Positions 1-8,782 are shown, numbered from the stretch's first letter. The stretch: DNA of 64,000 nt from Dehalococcoidales bacterium (GCA_034419075.1 DAOULR010000004.1:42511-106510); one strand, 5' to 3'. Notes: a model not told the origin generated them from the sequence alone. Translations and numbers: made by a program.

Positions 1-223
1 ACCTGAGGCTCTTGTTGACGGTAACGTCAGCCCCGTCAAAGCGGATGCTGCCGGTAGCCGGCATTTCGAGCAGGTCGAGCAGGCGTAGCAGCGTCGTCTT
101 GCCGGCGCCGGTGGGCCCGATGAGGGCAAAGACCTCACCCGCCTCGATATCGAGGCTGACGTCTTTAAGGACATCCTGCCCGCCGTATCTCTGCCCGATA
201 TTATTCGTTTCGATTAAAGCCAT
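1..223 (-). CDS. tupC: ABC transporter ATP-binding subunit, N-terminal ~74 aa only (rest lies beyond window start); tungstate/molybdate type by operon context
   Basis: Hand translation of minus strand from ATG 221-223: [64 protein letters not shown]. Walker A is GPTGAGKTT. Start lies 1 nt after the permease stop. Track ORF 12..395(+) is its antisense shadow. Confidence 0.8.
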   Translation of the reverse strand, partial: MALIETNNIGQRYGGQDVLKDVSLDIEAGEVFALIGPTGAGKTTLLRLLDLLEMPATGSIRFDGADVTVNKSLR

Positions 224-224
224 T

Positions 225-911
225 TTACCTCTGCTGAATCCGGTTGAGCACTATATTTATTATCAGGGCGATGACGATGAGGATTATGCCCAGCGCCAGC
301 GCCAGTTCCAGGTCACCTTTGGAGGTTTCCAGCGATATGGCCGTGGTGATGGTACGCGTATAGCCACGTATGTTGCCGCCGACCATCAACGATAGGCCGA
401 CCTCGGAGATGGCCCGCCCGAAGCCCATAATCAGCGCCGCCAGCACGGCGAAGCGGGCCTCCCGAATGGTGACCAGGGCCATCTGGAGACGGCTGGCGCC
501 GAGGGAGACGGCGGTGTCGGCGATGGACTTATCAACGCCGCTAAGGGCCGAGATGGTCAGCCCGAGCATGATGGGGGAGATGAGTATGACTTGGCCGATG
601 ACCATGGCGGGGGGGCTGAACAAAATACCGAGCCCGCCCAATGGCCCAGCGCTGGAGAAGAGGACGAAGACGAAGAGCCCCACCGCTACCGTGGGCAGGC
701 TGAACATGGTCTGGATAATATTTATCAGGGTGCGCTTGCCGCGGAATTTATTGAAGTGGATAACCGTGGCCAGCGGTAAACATATCAAAGCGGCGATGGT
801 GGAGGAGGTCGCTGAAATCGCCAGCGACCTCCCCGCTATCGCCATGACCTCGGGGTCAAAGGATACTATCAGTCTTAGCGCGGTGACCAGACCGTCCCAT
901 AGCTCGGTCAA
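225..911 (-). CDS. tupB: ABC transporter permease (tungstate/molybdate type)
   Basis: 228-aa polytopic membrane protein with a permease EAA-like loop ([37 protein letters not shown]). Sits between the binding-protein and ATPase genes. Confidence 0.8.
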   Translation of the reverse strand: MTELWDGLVTALRLIVSFDPEVMAIAGRSLAISATSSTIAALICLPLATVIHFNKFRGKRTLINIIQTMFSLPTVAVGLFVFVLFSSAGPLGGLGILFSPPAMVIGQVILISPIMLGLTISALSGVDKSIADTAVSLGASRLQMALVTIREARFAVLAALIMGFGRAISEVGLSLMVGGNIRGYTRTITTAISLETSKGDLELALALGIILIVIALIINIVLNRIQQR

Positions 912-929
912 TTTTTATCTCCGCTTGTT

Positions 930-1802
930 TTATGAAGTCGGCTCGTTGCCGGCGCAGGGGGTGAAGAGCTGCATGCCGTATTCCTCGACGCCGTATTCGC
1001 CGATAAGCTCCTGAATCTCAGGTGAGGTGAGGAAAGCCACCATGTTGTTGGCCATATCAATATTGGTGTTGGGGTCGCTTTCCGGGTTGACGGCAATCAC
1101 CGAATAGACATTGAGCAGTATCGAGCCCTGCTGCACGATGGGTACCAGGTTCAGGTCACTCTTGTAGGCGAGGAAAGTACCCATGTCGGTGAGGGTATAG
1201 CCCCCCATCTCGCTGGCCATGAGCAGGGTTGCCCCCATGCTTTTGCCCCCCTCCACATACCACTGCCCGGCGTTTCTTACCTCTTCGTAGTCATAACCGG
1301 CAGCGGCCCAGATTGCCTTCTCTTTGCCGTGCGTTCCCGAGTCGTCACCTCGGGAGATGAAGCTGGCGCTGGCCGACTGGAAGAGCGTGTCGAAGGCATC
1401 TTCGGGGCTCATGTCCATAATGCCGGCAGGGTCATCAGCGGGGCCGACGATGAGAAAGTAGTTATAGGCGAAGGGGACGCGCTCGACGCCGTAGCCATCG
1501 GCAACGAACTGAAGTTCACGGGCCTTGGAGTGGACGGTGATAACATCGACATCACCGCGCATGCCGTATTCCAGGGCGATACCGGTACCCGCCGATAGGA
1601 TATCGACCTCCACGCCGTACTCATCCTCGAACAGGGGTTCTAGGTAGCCCCAGAGGCCGGTGTCATAGAGGCTGGTGGTGGTGGCTACTCTCAGCCTTTC
1701 CTGAGCCGCCAGCGCGCCCGTCCCACCACCGCAGCCGACAAAGCCGAGCAACAGGCTAGCGATTACCAGCGTGGATATTATAACGATGGTCAGTTTTTTC
1801 AA
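930..1802 (-). CDS. tupA: Tungstate-type ABC substrate-binding lipoprotein
   Basis: 290 aa, TTG start. Lipobox signal LLLGFVGC. Periplasmic binding fold with TTTS motif (RVATTTSLYDTG), which I recall as typical of TupA-type tungstate binders. Confidence 0.75.
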   Translation of the reverse strand: MKKLTIVIISTLVIASLLLGFVGCGGGTGALAAQERLRVATTTSLYDTGLWGYLEPLFEDEYGVEVDILSAGTGIALEYGMRGDVDVITVHSKARELQFVADGYGVERVPFAYNYFLIVGPADDPAGIMDMSPEDAFDTLFQSASASFISRGDDSGTHGKEKAIWAAAGYDYEEVRNAGQWYVEGGKSMGATLLMASEMGGYTLTDMGTFLAYKSDLNLVPIVQQGSILLNVYSVIAVNPESDPNTNIDMANNMVAFLTSPEIQELIGEYGVEEYGMQLFTPCAGNEPTS

Positions 1803-1837
1803 TGGATACTCCTTATAATTCGTTTAAGCCACGCGCA

Positions 1838-1866
1838 AATAAAAAGCACCTCGGAGGAGGTGCTCG
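1838..1866 (-). terminator. Intrinsic terminator forming the expression platform of the upstream riboswitch
   Basis: Minus-strand RNA GAGCACCUCCUCCGAGGUGCUUUUUAUUU: GC-rich hairpin plus U-tract, located between the aptamer and the tupA RBS (AAGGAG). Confidence 0.6.
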
Positions 1867-1890
1867 ACATGCTATAAACGTCAGCATGAG

Positions 1891-1991
1891 CGCTCTCCTT
1901 TCCAAACACGGGAGGCACCGCCGTTTCCAACGATACCCTATCGGCCTGCACCCCCTGGCTAAGGCTTTAGGATGAGCAGGCTCGGAGAGAG
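1891..1991 (-). promoter_or_regulatory. Moco/Tuco (molybdenum/tungsten cofactor) riboswitch-like aptamer in the tupA leader
   Basis: Minus-strand RNA CUCUCUCCGAGCCUGC...GCAGGCCGAUAGGGUAUCG...GGUGCCUCCCGUGUUUGGAAAGGAGAG. P1 is CUCUCC/GGAGAG. Nested stems GCCUGC/GCAGGC and CGAUA/UAUCG. CCGAGCC and GCCUCCC boxes match my memory of the Moco RNA motif. Context is upstream of a W/Mo transporter. Confidence 0.6.
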
Positions 1992-2012
1992 TATTTAGTT
2001 TTTCAGTTGAGT

Positions 2013-2042
2013 ATATTATCACATCGGTTGGGGGGTAATCAA
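2013..2042 (-). promoter_or_regulatory. Putative promoter of the riboswitch-tupABC unit
   Basis: Minus strand has an extended -10 TGaTAATAT (2013-2021) and a weak -35 TTGATT (2037-2042, 18-nt spacer). The -35 spans the junction with the MITE-like element. Confidence 0.35.
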
Positions 2043-2264
2043 CCCCACCCCGCCATGGCGAACGTTGGTTTTTCGTCCCAACCCTGCCTCCGCCGGAGCG
2101 GCTACGCGCAGGCAGGCCTGCCCGCCCTAATGAGTAAACTCCTTAACCTGTGGGGATACGCCCCGCCACCCTACTTGCAGGGGTTTTTAAGGGGGACGCA
2201 GTCCCCCTTTACCTTAAAAGGGCGGCGGGTGGGTATAGATAAAATCGGGGTGGGGTGGTAATCA
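2034..2264. mobile_element. MITE-like palindromic element, copy A (215 bp, 2042-2256) with target-site duplication
   Basis: Perfect 11-bp terminal inverted repeats ACCCCACCCCG (2042-2052) and CGGGGTGGGGT (2246-2256). They are directly abutted by identical 8-mers GGTAATCA (2034-2041 and 2257-2264). Internal G5-loop-C5 hairpins. No coding capacity. Confidence 0.75.
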
Positions 2265-2319
2265 TTAGTTGCGCCGGAAAGAAAGAGGGGGATTAAAGGG
2301 GATTTTCCTCATCATTGCC

Positions 2320-2349
2320 TTGACGCTAAGGGAAGCGCTCTGCTAAAAT
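2320..2349 (+). promoter_or_regulatory. Sigma70-type promoter for the crotonase/hbd/thiolase block
   Basis: TTGACG, 18-nt spacer, TAAAAT, about 60 nt upstream of the 2410 start. Confidence 0.5.
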
Positions 2350-2409
2350 CCACTCGGTTACCCCTCTTTTTTACAAACTATTTTTCAGCACTGGAAAGGA
2401 AGGTCTGTC

Positions 2410-3180
2410 ATGGCAGTTGACTACAAGAAGGAAGGCCGGATCGCTATCTTCACCATCAACCGCCCCGAGGCACTGAATGCACTGAATGTTGAGGCGGTAG
2501 AAGAGTTTCACGAGGCACTGTTAGACTTCAGGGATGACCCTGAACTATGGGTCGGTATCGTTACTGGCGCTGGGGAGCGGGCTTTTTGCGCTGGCGCCGA
2601 TATAAAGGACTGGCTACCGTTCAACAAGGCGCATCGTTATGAACCTTGGTCGGCCACGCCGTCAATAATGCGGGGATTTGATATATGGAAGCCGCTTATT
2701 GCCGCTATCAATGGCCTCGCTTTAGGCGGGGGGTTGGAAATGGCCCTGGCTTGCGATATAAGAATAGCCGCGGATAATGCTCGCTTGGGCACACCTGAGG
2801 TAACTCTGGGTCTGATACCTCTCTGGGGAGGGACACAGAGACTGCCCCGAATGGTTCCTTGGTGTAAGGCGGCTGAGATACTGCTCATGGGAAAACCAGT
2901 AGACGCTCAGGAGGCCTACCGCATCGGCCTGGTGAACAAGGTGGTGCCTCAGGCCGAGGTTTTGTCCACGGCCAAGGAGTGGGCTGAGGCCATCTGCCAG
3001 GCAGGACCTCTGGCAGTTAGAGCGGCTAAAGAGGCTATGATTAGTGGTTATAACCTGACCTTGGAAGATGGCTTAAGGCTGGAGAACTCCCTTGGCGCTT
3101 ACCTCTATGGCACCGAGGACTTCACCGAGGGCACCGCGGCTTTCGTTGAGAAGAGGAAGCCGAACTACAAGGCAAAATAA
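2410..3180 (+). CDS. Enoyl-CoA hydratase (crotonase family)
   Basis: 256 aa. Crotonase-fold motifs GAGERAFCAGADIK and GLALGGGLEMALACDIR. Confidence 0.85.
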   Translation: MAVDYKKEGRIAIFTINRPEALNALNVEAVEEFHEALLDFRDDPELWVGIVTGAGERAFCAGADIKDWLPFNKAHRYEPWSATPSIMRGFDIWKPLIAAINGLALGGGLEMALACDIRIAADNARLGTPEVTLGLIPLWGGTQRLPRMVPWCKAAEILLMGKPVDAQEAYRIGLVNKVVPQAEVLSTAKEWAEAICQAGPLAVRAAKEAMISGYNLTLEDGLRLENSLGAYLYGTEDFTEGTAAFVEKRKPNYKAK

Positions 3181-3202
3181 AGTTAAGGAGAGGAGCATAT
3201 AA

Positions 3203-4060
3203 ATGGAAATCAAGAAAGTCGGGGTGGTGGGTTGCGGCTCTATGGGCGCGGGCATCGCTCAGCTCTGTGCTCAGTCGGGTTTTCCGGTGGTGGTATCGGA
3301 GATAAACGACGAGCTATTGAAAAAAGGGCTGGGCTTTATCGACAAAACCTTAGCCCGCAGCGTGGAGAAAGGCAAGCTATCGCAGCCGGACAAGGACGCT
3401 GTGATGGGGCGCATCAAGGGCACCACCAACACTAAAGATTTCGCCGACTGCGACCTGATGATTGAAGCCGCTATCGAGAACCTGGAGCTGAAGAAGAAGA
3501 TATTCGCCGAGCTGGACGGCATTTGCCCGAAAGATACAATTCTGGCCACTAACACCTCCTGCCTTTCCATCATCGATATGGCCATGGTGACCAAGCGGGT
3601 GGACAAGGTGGTGGGGCTGCACTTCTTCAACCCGGCACCGATTATGAAGCTTCTCGAAATCGTCAAGACCATCGCCACCAGCGAGGCGACGATGACTGCC
3701 AGCCAGAAGTTCGGCGAGAAGCTGGGCAAGACCACCGTCGTCGCCCAGGACGCCCCCGGCTTTATCGTTAACCGCCTCTGGATACCCTTCCTGCTTCATT
3801 GCATCCGCCTCTACGAAGAGGGAGTCGCCAGCCGTGAGGATATCGATAACGCCATCCAGCTGGGCTTAAACTACCCCATGGGCCCGCTGACCCTCTCCGA
3901 CATGGTGGGTATTGACGTGGTAAAGTTCGTTTCCGACGCCCTCTACGAGCAGCTTAAAGACCCCCGCTACATCGTGCCTACATTAGTGGACAAGATGGTG
4001 GCGGCGGGGTGGCTGGGGCGCAAGACGGGCAAGGGTTTCTACGACTACACTGATAAATAG
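3203..4060 (+). CDS. hbd: 3-hydroxybutyryl/3-hydroxyacyl-CoA dehydrogenase
   Basis: 285 aa. N-terminal Rossmann motif VGVVGCGSMGAGIAQ. FFNPAP and C-terminal 3HCDH-like region (GFIVNR). Confidence 0.85.
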   Translation: MEIKKVGVVGCGSMGAGIAQLCAQSGFPVVVSEINDELLKKGLGFIDKTLARSVEKGKLSQPDKDAVMGRIKGTTNTKDFADCDLMIEAAIENLELKKKIFAELDGICPKDTILATNTSCLSIIDMAMVTKRVDKVVGLHFFNPAPIMKLLEIVKTIATSEATMTASQKFGEKLGKTTVVAQDAPGFIVNRLWIPFLLHCIRLYEEGVASREDIDNAIQLGLNYPMGPLTLSDMVGIDVVKFVSDALYEQLKDPRYIVPTLVDKMVAAGWLGRKTGKGFYDYTDK

Positions 4061-4096
4061 CGTTTAGAGTTTAGCCAGTTATAAGGAGGCACTCTT

Positions 4097-5377
4097 ATGA
4101 CCGAGGTGGTAATTGTCAGCGGGGTGAGAACAGCCATAGCTAACTACGGCGGTGCCTTGCAGAATACACCCGTGATGAAGCTGGGCAGCATTGTTATCAA
4201 GGAGGCGCTGAAGAGGGCTGGTTTACGTCCCAAGAAGGGCTCGCCCGATGCCAGCTTCGTGCCCGGTGCGCTCAAAGGGGACGAGCTCATCGAACTGGAG
4301 AAGAAGTACTTCGACTGGGATGAATCCTCAAAAGAGGTGCAGATAGACGAGGTCATCATGGGCAACGTCCTCCAGGCGGGGCAGGGTCAGAACACCGCCC
4401 GCCAGGCGTCCATAAATGCCGGTATTCCCAAAGAGGTGAACGCCTACACGGTGAATAAGATTTGCGCCTCGGGAATGAAGGCGGTAGCGCTGGCTGCCCA
4501 GTCCATCAAGGCGGGCGATGCCGAAGCCATCGTCGCTGGCGGTATGGAGAACATGAGCGCTGTGCCTTACTACCTGCCCAGCGCCCGCTGGGGGGCCCGG
4601 ATGTTCAACGCCGAGATGATTGACGGCATGGTCCATGACGGGCTCTGGGAGATATTCTATAACTACCACATGGGTCTGACCTCGGAGAATATCGCCGAGA
4701 AATACAGCATCAGCCGCGAGGAGCAGGACAAGCTGGCTATGCTCAGCCACCAGAGGGCACTGGCGGCGGTAAAGGATGGCACCTTCCGTCAGGAGGTAGT
4801 GCCCGTCGAGGTCAAGGTCAAGAAAGAAGTCAAGCAGTTTGACACCGACGAGCACCCCCGTGAGACCAATATGGAGGCTCTGGCCAAGCTGCCCCCGGTA
4901 TTCAAGAAGGACGGCTCGGTGACGGCGGGCAACGCCTCGGGCATCACCGACGGCGCTGCCGCCATGGTAGTAATGTCGGCGGATAAGGCTAAAGAGCTGG
5001 ACTTAAAGCCGATGGCTAAGGTCAGGTCTTATGCCTCCGGTGGCGTCGACCCCGCCTATATGGGGCTGGGGGCGGTGCCCGCGACGCGTAAGGCGCTTAA
5101 ACTGGCTGGAGTTGATTTAAAGGATATCGACTGCATCGAGCTTAACGAAGCCTTTGCTTCGCAGGCTATCGGGGTGATGAAGGAGCTGGGCGTTGGCACC
5201 GACAAGGTGAATCCCCATGGCAGCGGTATCTCGTTGGGGCACCCTATCGGCTGCACGGGGGCCCGAATCATGGTTACCCTGATGTACGAGATGAGGCGGC
5301 GGAACTACCAGCTGGGGTTGGCCACGCTTTGTATCGGCGGCGGGCAGGGGATGGCGGTCGTCTTGGAAAAGGCTTAA
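4097..5377 (+). CDS. Acetyl-CoA acetyltransferase (thiolase II) with a ~40-aa insertion near the N-terminus
   Basis: 426 aa. Active-site Cys context NKICASGMKAV. GNASGITDGAAAMV, NPHGSGISLGHPIGCTGARI, CIGGGQGMA. Confidence 0.85.
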   Translation: MTEVVIVSGVRTAIANYGGALQNTPVMKLGSIVIKEALKRAGLRPKKGSPDASFVPGALKGDELIELEKKYFDWDESSKEVQIDEVIMGNVLQAGQGQNTARQASINAGIPKEVNAYTVNKICASGMKAVALAAQSIKAGDAEAIVAGGMENMSAVPYYLPSARWGARMFNAEMIDGMVHDGLWEIFYNYHMGLTSENIAEKYSISREEQDKLAMLSHQRALAAVKDGTFRQEVVPVEVKVKKEVKQFDTDEHPRETNMEALAKLPPVFKKDGSVTAGNASGITDGAAAMVVMSADKAKELDLKPMAKVRSYASGGVDPAYMGLGAVPATRKALKLAGVDLKDIDCIELNEAFASQAIGVMKELGVGTDKVNPHGSGISLGHPIGCTGARIMVTLMYEMRRRNYQLGLATLCIGGGQGMAVVLEKA

Positions 5378-5378
5378 G

Positions 5379-5555
5379 CTATTTGCCCCGCTTGGCGTAG
5401 TCGGGGCACCAGGTAGCGTTGGGCCTTTCGGGGCGGTGGCAGGTGCTGCGCCAGTCCCACTTGCAGCTATCGCAGAGGAAGACGTTCTTCCCCATCATCT
5501 TCTTGAACCGAATCTTGAGCCTATCGCCCCATGAGGGCTTAGTCTTGACTTTCAT
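5379..5555 (-). CDS. Small Cys-rich hypothetical protein (58 aa from internal ATG; track ORF extends to 5606)
   Basis: MKVKTKPSWGDRLKIRFKKMMGKNVFLCDSCKWDWRSTCHRPERPNATWCPDYAKRGK. Has CxxC plus two further Cys. GGGGA RBS before ATG 5553-5555. Convergent with the thiolase gene (1-nt gap). Confidence 0.45.
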   Translation of the reverse strand: MKVKTKPSWGDRLKIRFKKMMGKNVFLCDSCKWDWRSTCHRPERPNATWCPDYAKRGK

Positions 5556-5619
5556 GGCATCCCCGATTTCTGTATAGAATATAGCAGATAGAGTGCTATT
5601 TGGCAACGATTAATTTGGC

Positions 5620-5657
5620 TAAGACAAAGAGGCTGCACCTGAATAAGGTACAGCCTC
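5620..5657 (-). terminator. Intrinsic terminator after the 5681-6013 gene
   Basis: Hairpin GAGGCUGUACC-UUAUUCA-GGUGCAGCCUC followed by UUUGUCUU on the minus strand. Confidence 0.5.
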
Positions 5658-5680
5658 CTATTTAATCCAATACGGTCTGG

Positions 5681-6013
5681 TTATCCGGGTGGTCCGGGCA
5701 TCATTTTTTCCGCCATCTTGAAGCCCTCGATAAGGGTCTTCATTGCCGAGAAGCCTTCACTCAGCGGATAAACCTCGAAATTCGCGTAGTTGAGTATAGG
5801 TACAGCGCCTTGGTTTTTAACCCATTCTTCGGCATTTTTCTGTTCAAGGATAACCACACTACAGCCCGCGGGTGAATAGTAAAATTCTAAGAGTTCACCT
5901 GCTTTCCTCTGCTGCTCCAAGGCAGCCACGCTCACCTCCATTATCTGTCTGGCTACAGCTGGCGGAAGTGCTGATGCCGTGTCCTTCATTTTGGCTATGA
6001 CCAGGAATTTCAT
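5681..6013 (-). CDS. Hypothetical small alpha/beta protein (110 aa)
   Basis: Start chosen at ATG 6011-6013 behind AAGGAG RBS (MKFLVIAKMKD...). The track ORF to 6130 adds an implausible leader. Somewhat AT-richer than neighbours. No motif recognised. Confidence 0.5.
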   Translation of the reverse strand: MKFLVIAKMKDTASALPPAVARQIMEVSVAALEQQRKAGELLEFYYSPAGCSVVILEQKNAEEWVKNQGAVPILNYANFEVYPLSEGFSAMKTLIEGFKMAEKMMPGPPG

Positions 6014-6311
6014 TTTTCTCCTTTGGTTATAAGAATTTATTAGTGGCTGAGGTTGGTATTTGTTTTTAACTGGCATCACCTCCTTTGCCGCAAGTCTAGA
6101 TAAACAAAAAGGCACCAGCGACCACCACATTTTCTTCTGGCGGTTACCAGTGCTCTTTTCATCGGCCTCTATTGTTCCTTAAGGCTGGTTTATTTAAGGA
6201 GGATTTCATTATACCATTCGCTACGGCATTGTCAATGCTTTGAATTCAAGGTATTCCTCTATGTGCGCAATTGTGGTAGAATAGGGCGGTATTCTAGCGG
6301 GGGATAGTATT

Positions 6312-7292
6312 ATGGCCATCCCGAGAATGAGAAGAGGCAAAAAGGTCGCTCCCGAGGTAGCGCCGGAGGCGGGGAAACTCAACATTAATGCCATCACCGA
6401 GGACGAGCTGACCTGGATTAATATCGAGTCGCCGACCAAAGAGGAGACGGACTATCTGGCTGAGCACTACCCCTTCCACCCCCTCGACCTGGACGACTGC
6501 CTGAGCCGCATCCAACGGCCCAAGATAGACCGCTACGACGAATATCTTTTCCTGGTCTTTCACTTTCCCGTCTTCAGCCCCCAGGCCAGGGTGACCACAC
6601 CCAGCCAGGTTTCGGTTTTCATCGGGTCGAACTACCTTATCACCCTGCACAAGGGCGACCTGAAACCGCTGGTGAACCTGTTTAACCAGTGCCAGAGCGA
6701 AGAAGAGATAAGAAAAGAGCACTTCAGCCAGGGCTCGGGCTACCTGCTCTACCGTATCATCGACCGCCTGGTGGACTACTGCTTCCCCATACTCAATAAA
6801 ATAGGGGGCAACATCGAGGCGGTGGAGGACGCCATCTTCGCCGTGAAGGCACGGCGGACGGTGCGGGAAATCTCGACACTGCGGCGGGACGTTATCTCCT
6901 TCCGCCGCATTATCTGGCCGATGCGGGCGGTTATCGGTGGCATCGAGCCTAAAATCCGCCGCTATTCCAAGATGGACCTGGAGGTCTATTTTGGGGATAC
7001 CGTTGACCACCTGGACAAGATATGGGATGCCCTCGATGAATATAAAGAGATTATCGAAGGTCTGAATGATACCTACGATTCCCTGGCCAGCAACCGCACC
7101 AACGAGGTCATGCGCATGCTGACCGTTATCGCCACCATCCTGCTACCGCTGACGGTCATCGCCTCTATCTACGGGATGAATGTACCCCTGCCTTTCCAGG
7201 AATCGCACTATTCCTTCGTCATCGTCTTCTCCATCTGGGCGCTGGTGGTGGCTGGCATGCTCTATTTCTTCCGACGTCACCACTGGATATAA
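6312..7292 (+). CDS. corA: CorA-family magnesium/cobalt transporter
   Basis: 326 aa, two C-terminal TM helices with the signature YGMNV (GMN motif). Confidence 0.9.
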   Translation: MAIPRMRRGKKVAPEVAPEAGKLNINAITEDELTWINIESPTKEETDYLAEHYPFHPLDLDDCLSRIQRPKIDRYDEYLFLVFHFPVFSPQARVTTPSQVSVFIGSNYLITLHKGDLKPLVNLFNQCQSEEEIRKEHFSQGSGYLLYRIIDRLVDYCFPILNKIGGNIEAVEDAIFAVKARRTVREISTLRRDVISFRRIIWPMRAVIGGIEPKIRRYSKMDLEVYFGDTVDHLDKIWDALDEYKEIIEGLNDTYDSLASNRTNEVMRMLTVIATILLPLTVIASIYGMNVPLPFQESHYSFVIVFSIWALVVAGMLYFFRRHHWI

Positions 7293-7308
7293 CGGTTAAG
7301 ATATAAAG

Positions 7309-7974
7309 ATGAAGGTCTCGCACCGACTGCTTATTATCGCTGCCCTCTTTATTACCTGTTTTATCACCGCCAACATAATCTCGGTAAAGATGATAAGCCT
7401 GGGGCCCTTTATCGTCTTCGCCGGCGTTTTTATCTTCCCCATAAGCTACATCATCGGCGACGTGCTCACCGAGGTCTACGGCTACCGCATCGCCCGGCGG
7501 GTCATCTGGCTTGGTTTTGCCTGTAACCTTATCTTCGTTATCTTCGCCTGGATAGGGCAGATAGTGCCGGGAGCTTTGGGCTGGGAGCTGCAGGGCGCCT
7601 ACGAGAGCATACTGGGCTATACGCCGCGGCTGCTTCTGGCCTCGGTCTGCGGCTACCTGGTGGGGGAGTTCGCCAACTCCTACGTACTGGCCAAGATGAA
7701 GGTTTTCACCGAGGGACGCTGGCTCTGGAGCCGAACCATCGGTTCGACCATAATCGGGGAGGGGCTGGATACCGCCGTCTTTGCCACGTTGGCCACCGTC
7801 GGCACCCCCTTCTTCATGCCGACCGTAATCCTGAGCCAGTGGCTGGTGAAGGTGGTGGTGGAAGTCATCGCCACGCCCGCCACCTACGCCGTGGTCGGCT
7901 ACCTGAAGCGGAAGGAGGGCATCGACACCTACGACCGCCGCACCAATTTCAATCCCTTCCGCGTTCTAGGCTAG
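7309..7974 (+). CDS. yhhQ: Queuosine-precursor transporter (YhhQ/DUF165, VUT family)
   Basis: 221-aa polytopic membrane protein with FPISYIIGDVLTEVYGY, typical of YhhQ. Starts 16 nt after corA. Confidence 0.75.
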   Translation: MKVSHRLLIIAALFITCFITANIISVKMISLGPFIVFAGVFIFPISYIIGDVLTEVYGYRIARRVIWLGFACNLIFVIFAWIGQIVPGALGWELQGAYESILGYTPRLLLASVCGYLVGEFANSYVLAKMKVFTEGRWLWSRTIGSTIIGEGLDTAVFATLATVGTPFFMPTVILSQWLVKVVVEVIATPATYAVVGYLKRKEGIDTYDRRTNFNPFRVLG

Positions 7975-7995
7975 ACTATGGAGAGTGAGTGAAAG

Positions 7996-8763
7996 ATGAA
8001 GATTCGTTTTCTGGGGGCACACAACTGCGAGACAAAAGACACCAGGCTCATCAGCCTGCTGATTGACGATGTCTTGGCCATAGACGCTGGCGGGCTTAGC
8101 TCCGGTTTATCATTAGAGGCGCAGCATAAAATCGAGGCGGTGCTGCTCACCCACCAGCACTATGACCACGTGCGCGATATACCCACGCTGGGCATGAATC
8201 TTTTCCTGGGCGGCGCCAGTACCACCGTCTACTCCATACCGAAGGTGCTCGAGGTGGTGGAGGATAACCTGATGAACGAGGTGATTTACCCCGCTTTCCG
8301 CTTTAAAGTGCCCGATAAGCCGACCATTAAATTCAGCGTCGTCGAGCCAGATAAACCGCAAAAGATTCTGGGCTACGAAGTTTTAGCCGTTCCGGTAAAG
8401 CACAGCGTGCCCACCGTGGGCTATCAGCTCAGTGATGATAATAAGAGCTTTTTCTACACCTCGGATACGGGGCCAGGGCTGGCCGAGTGCTGGGAGAAGG
8501 TTTCGCCACAACTGCTCATCATCGAGGTCACCGGCTCCAATAGATTCATGGAGTGGGCGGCGGAGGGGGGTCACCTTACGCCCTCGCTGCTGCAGCAGGA
8601 GCTCGAGGACTTCAGGAAGCTCAAGGGCTACCTGCCCCGTACCATCATCGTGCACATGACCCCGCACCTGGAGAAGGAGATAGCGGAGGAGGTGGCCAAG
8701 GTGGCTAAAGCCCTGGACGCTTCCATAACCCTGGCCCGTGAGGGGCTGGAGATTAGCCTGTAA
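7996..8763 (+). CDS. Metallo-beta-lactamase-fold hydrolase (possibly phosphodiesterase-like)
   Basis: 255 aa with HxHxDH motif (THQHYDHVRD). Specific substrate not inferable. Confidence 0.7.
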   Translation: MKIRFLGAHNCETKDTRLISLLIDDVLAIDAGGLSSGLSLEAQHKIEAVLLTHQHYDHVRDIPTLGMNLFLGGASTTVYSIPKVLEVVEDNLMNEVIYPAFRFKVPDKPTIKFSVVEPDKPQKILGYEVLAVPVKHSVPTVGYQLSDDNKSFFYTSDTGPGLAECWEKVSPQLLIIEVTGSNRFMEWAAEGGHLTPSLLQQELEDFRKLKGYLPRTIIVHMTPHLEKEIAEEVAKVAKALDASITLAREGLEISL

Positions 8764-8782
8764 GATTCCCGTCGGGGGTGAT

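Noticed and set aside
1813-2022. 69-aa minus-strand ORF covering the tupA leader.
   Set aside because: The region folds as a riboswitch-like aptamer plus terminator. The ORF has no RBS and would run through the terminator hairpin.
2007-2261. Track ORFs lying inside the MITE-like repeats (2007..2261, 24192..24377, 24211..24393, 40647..40832, 53466..53651 tail).
   Set aside because: They run through palindromic repeat arms, lack RBSs, differ in frame between copies and give low-complexity G/P/W-rich peptides. The repeat structure explains the sequence better.
6131-7308. Looked for an M-box riboswitch upstream of corA and a preQ1 riboswitch upstream of yhhQ.
   Set aside because: The best corA promoter (-10 TAGAAT near 6279) leaves only a ~25-nt leader. 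The corA-yhhQ gap is 16 nt. There is no room or motif for either aptamer.
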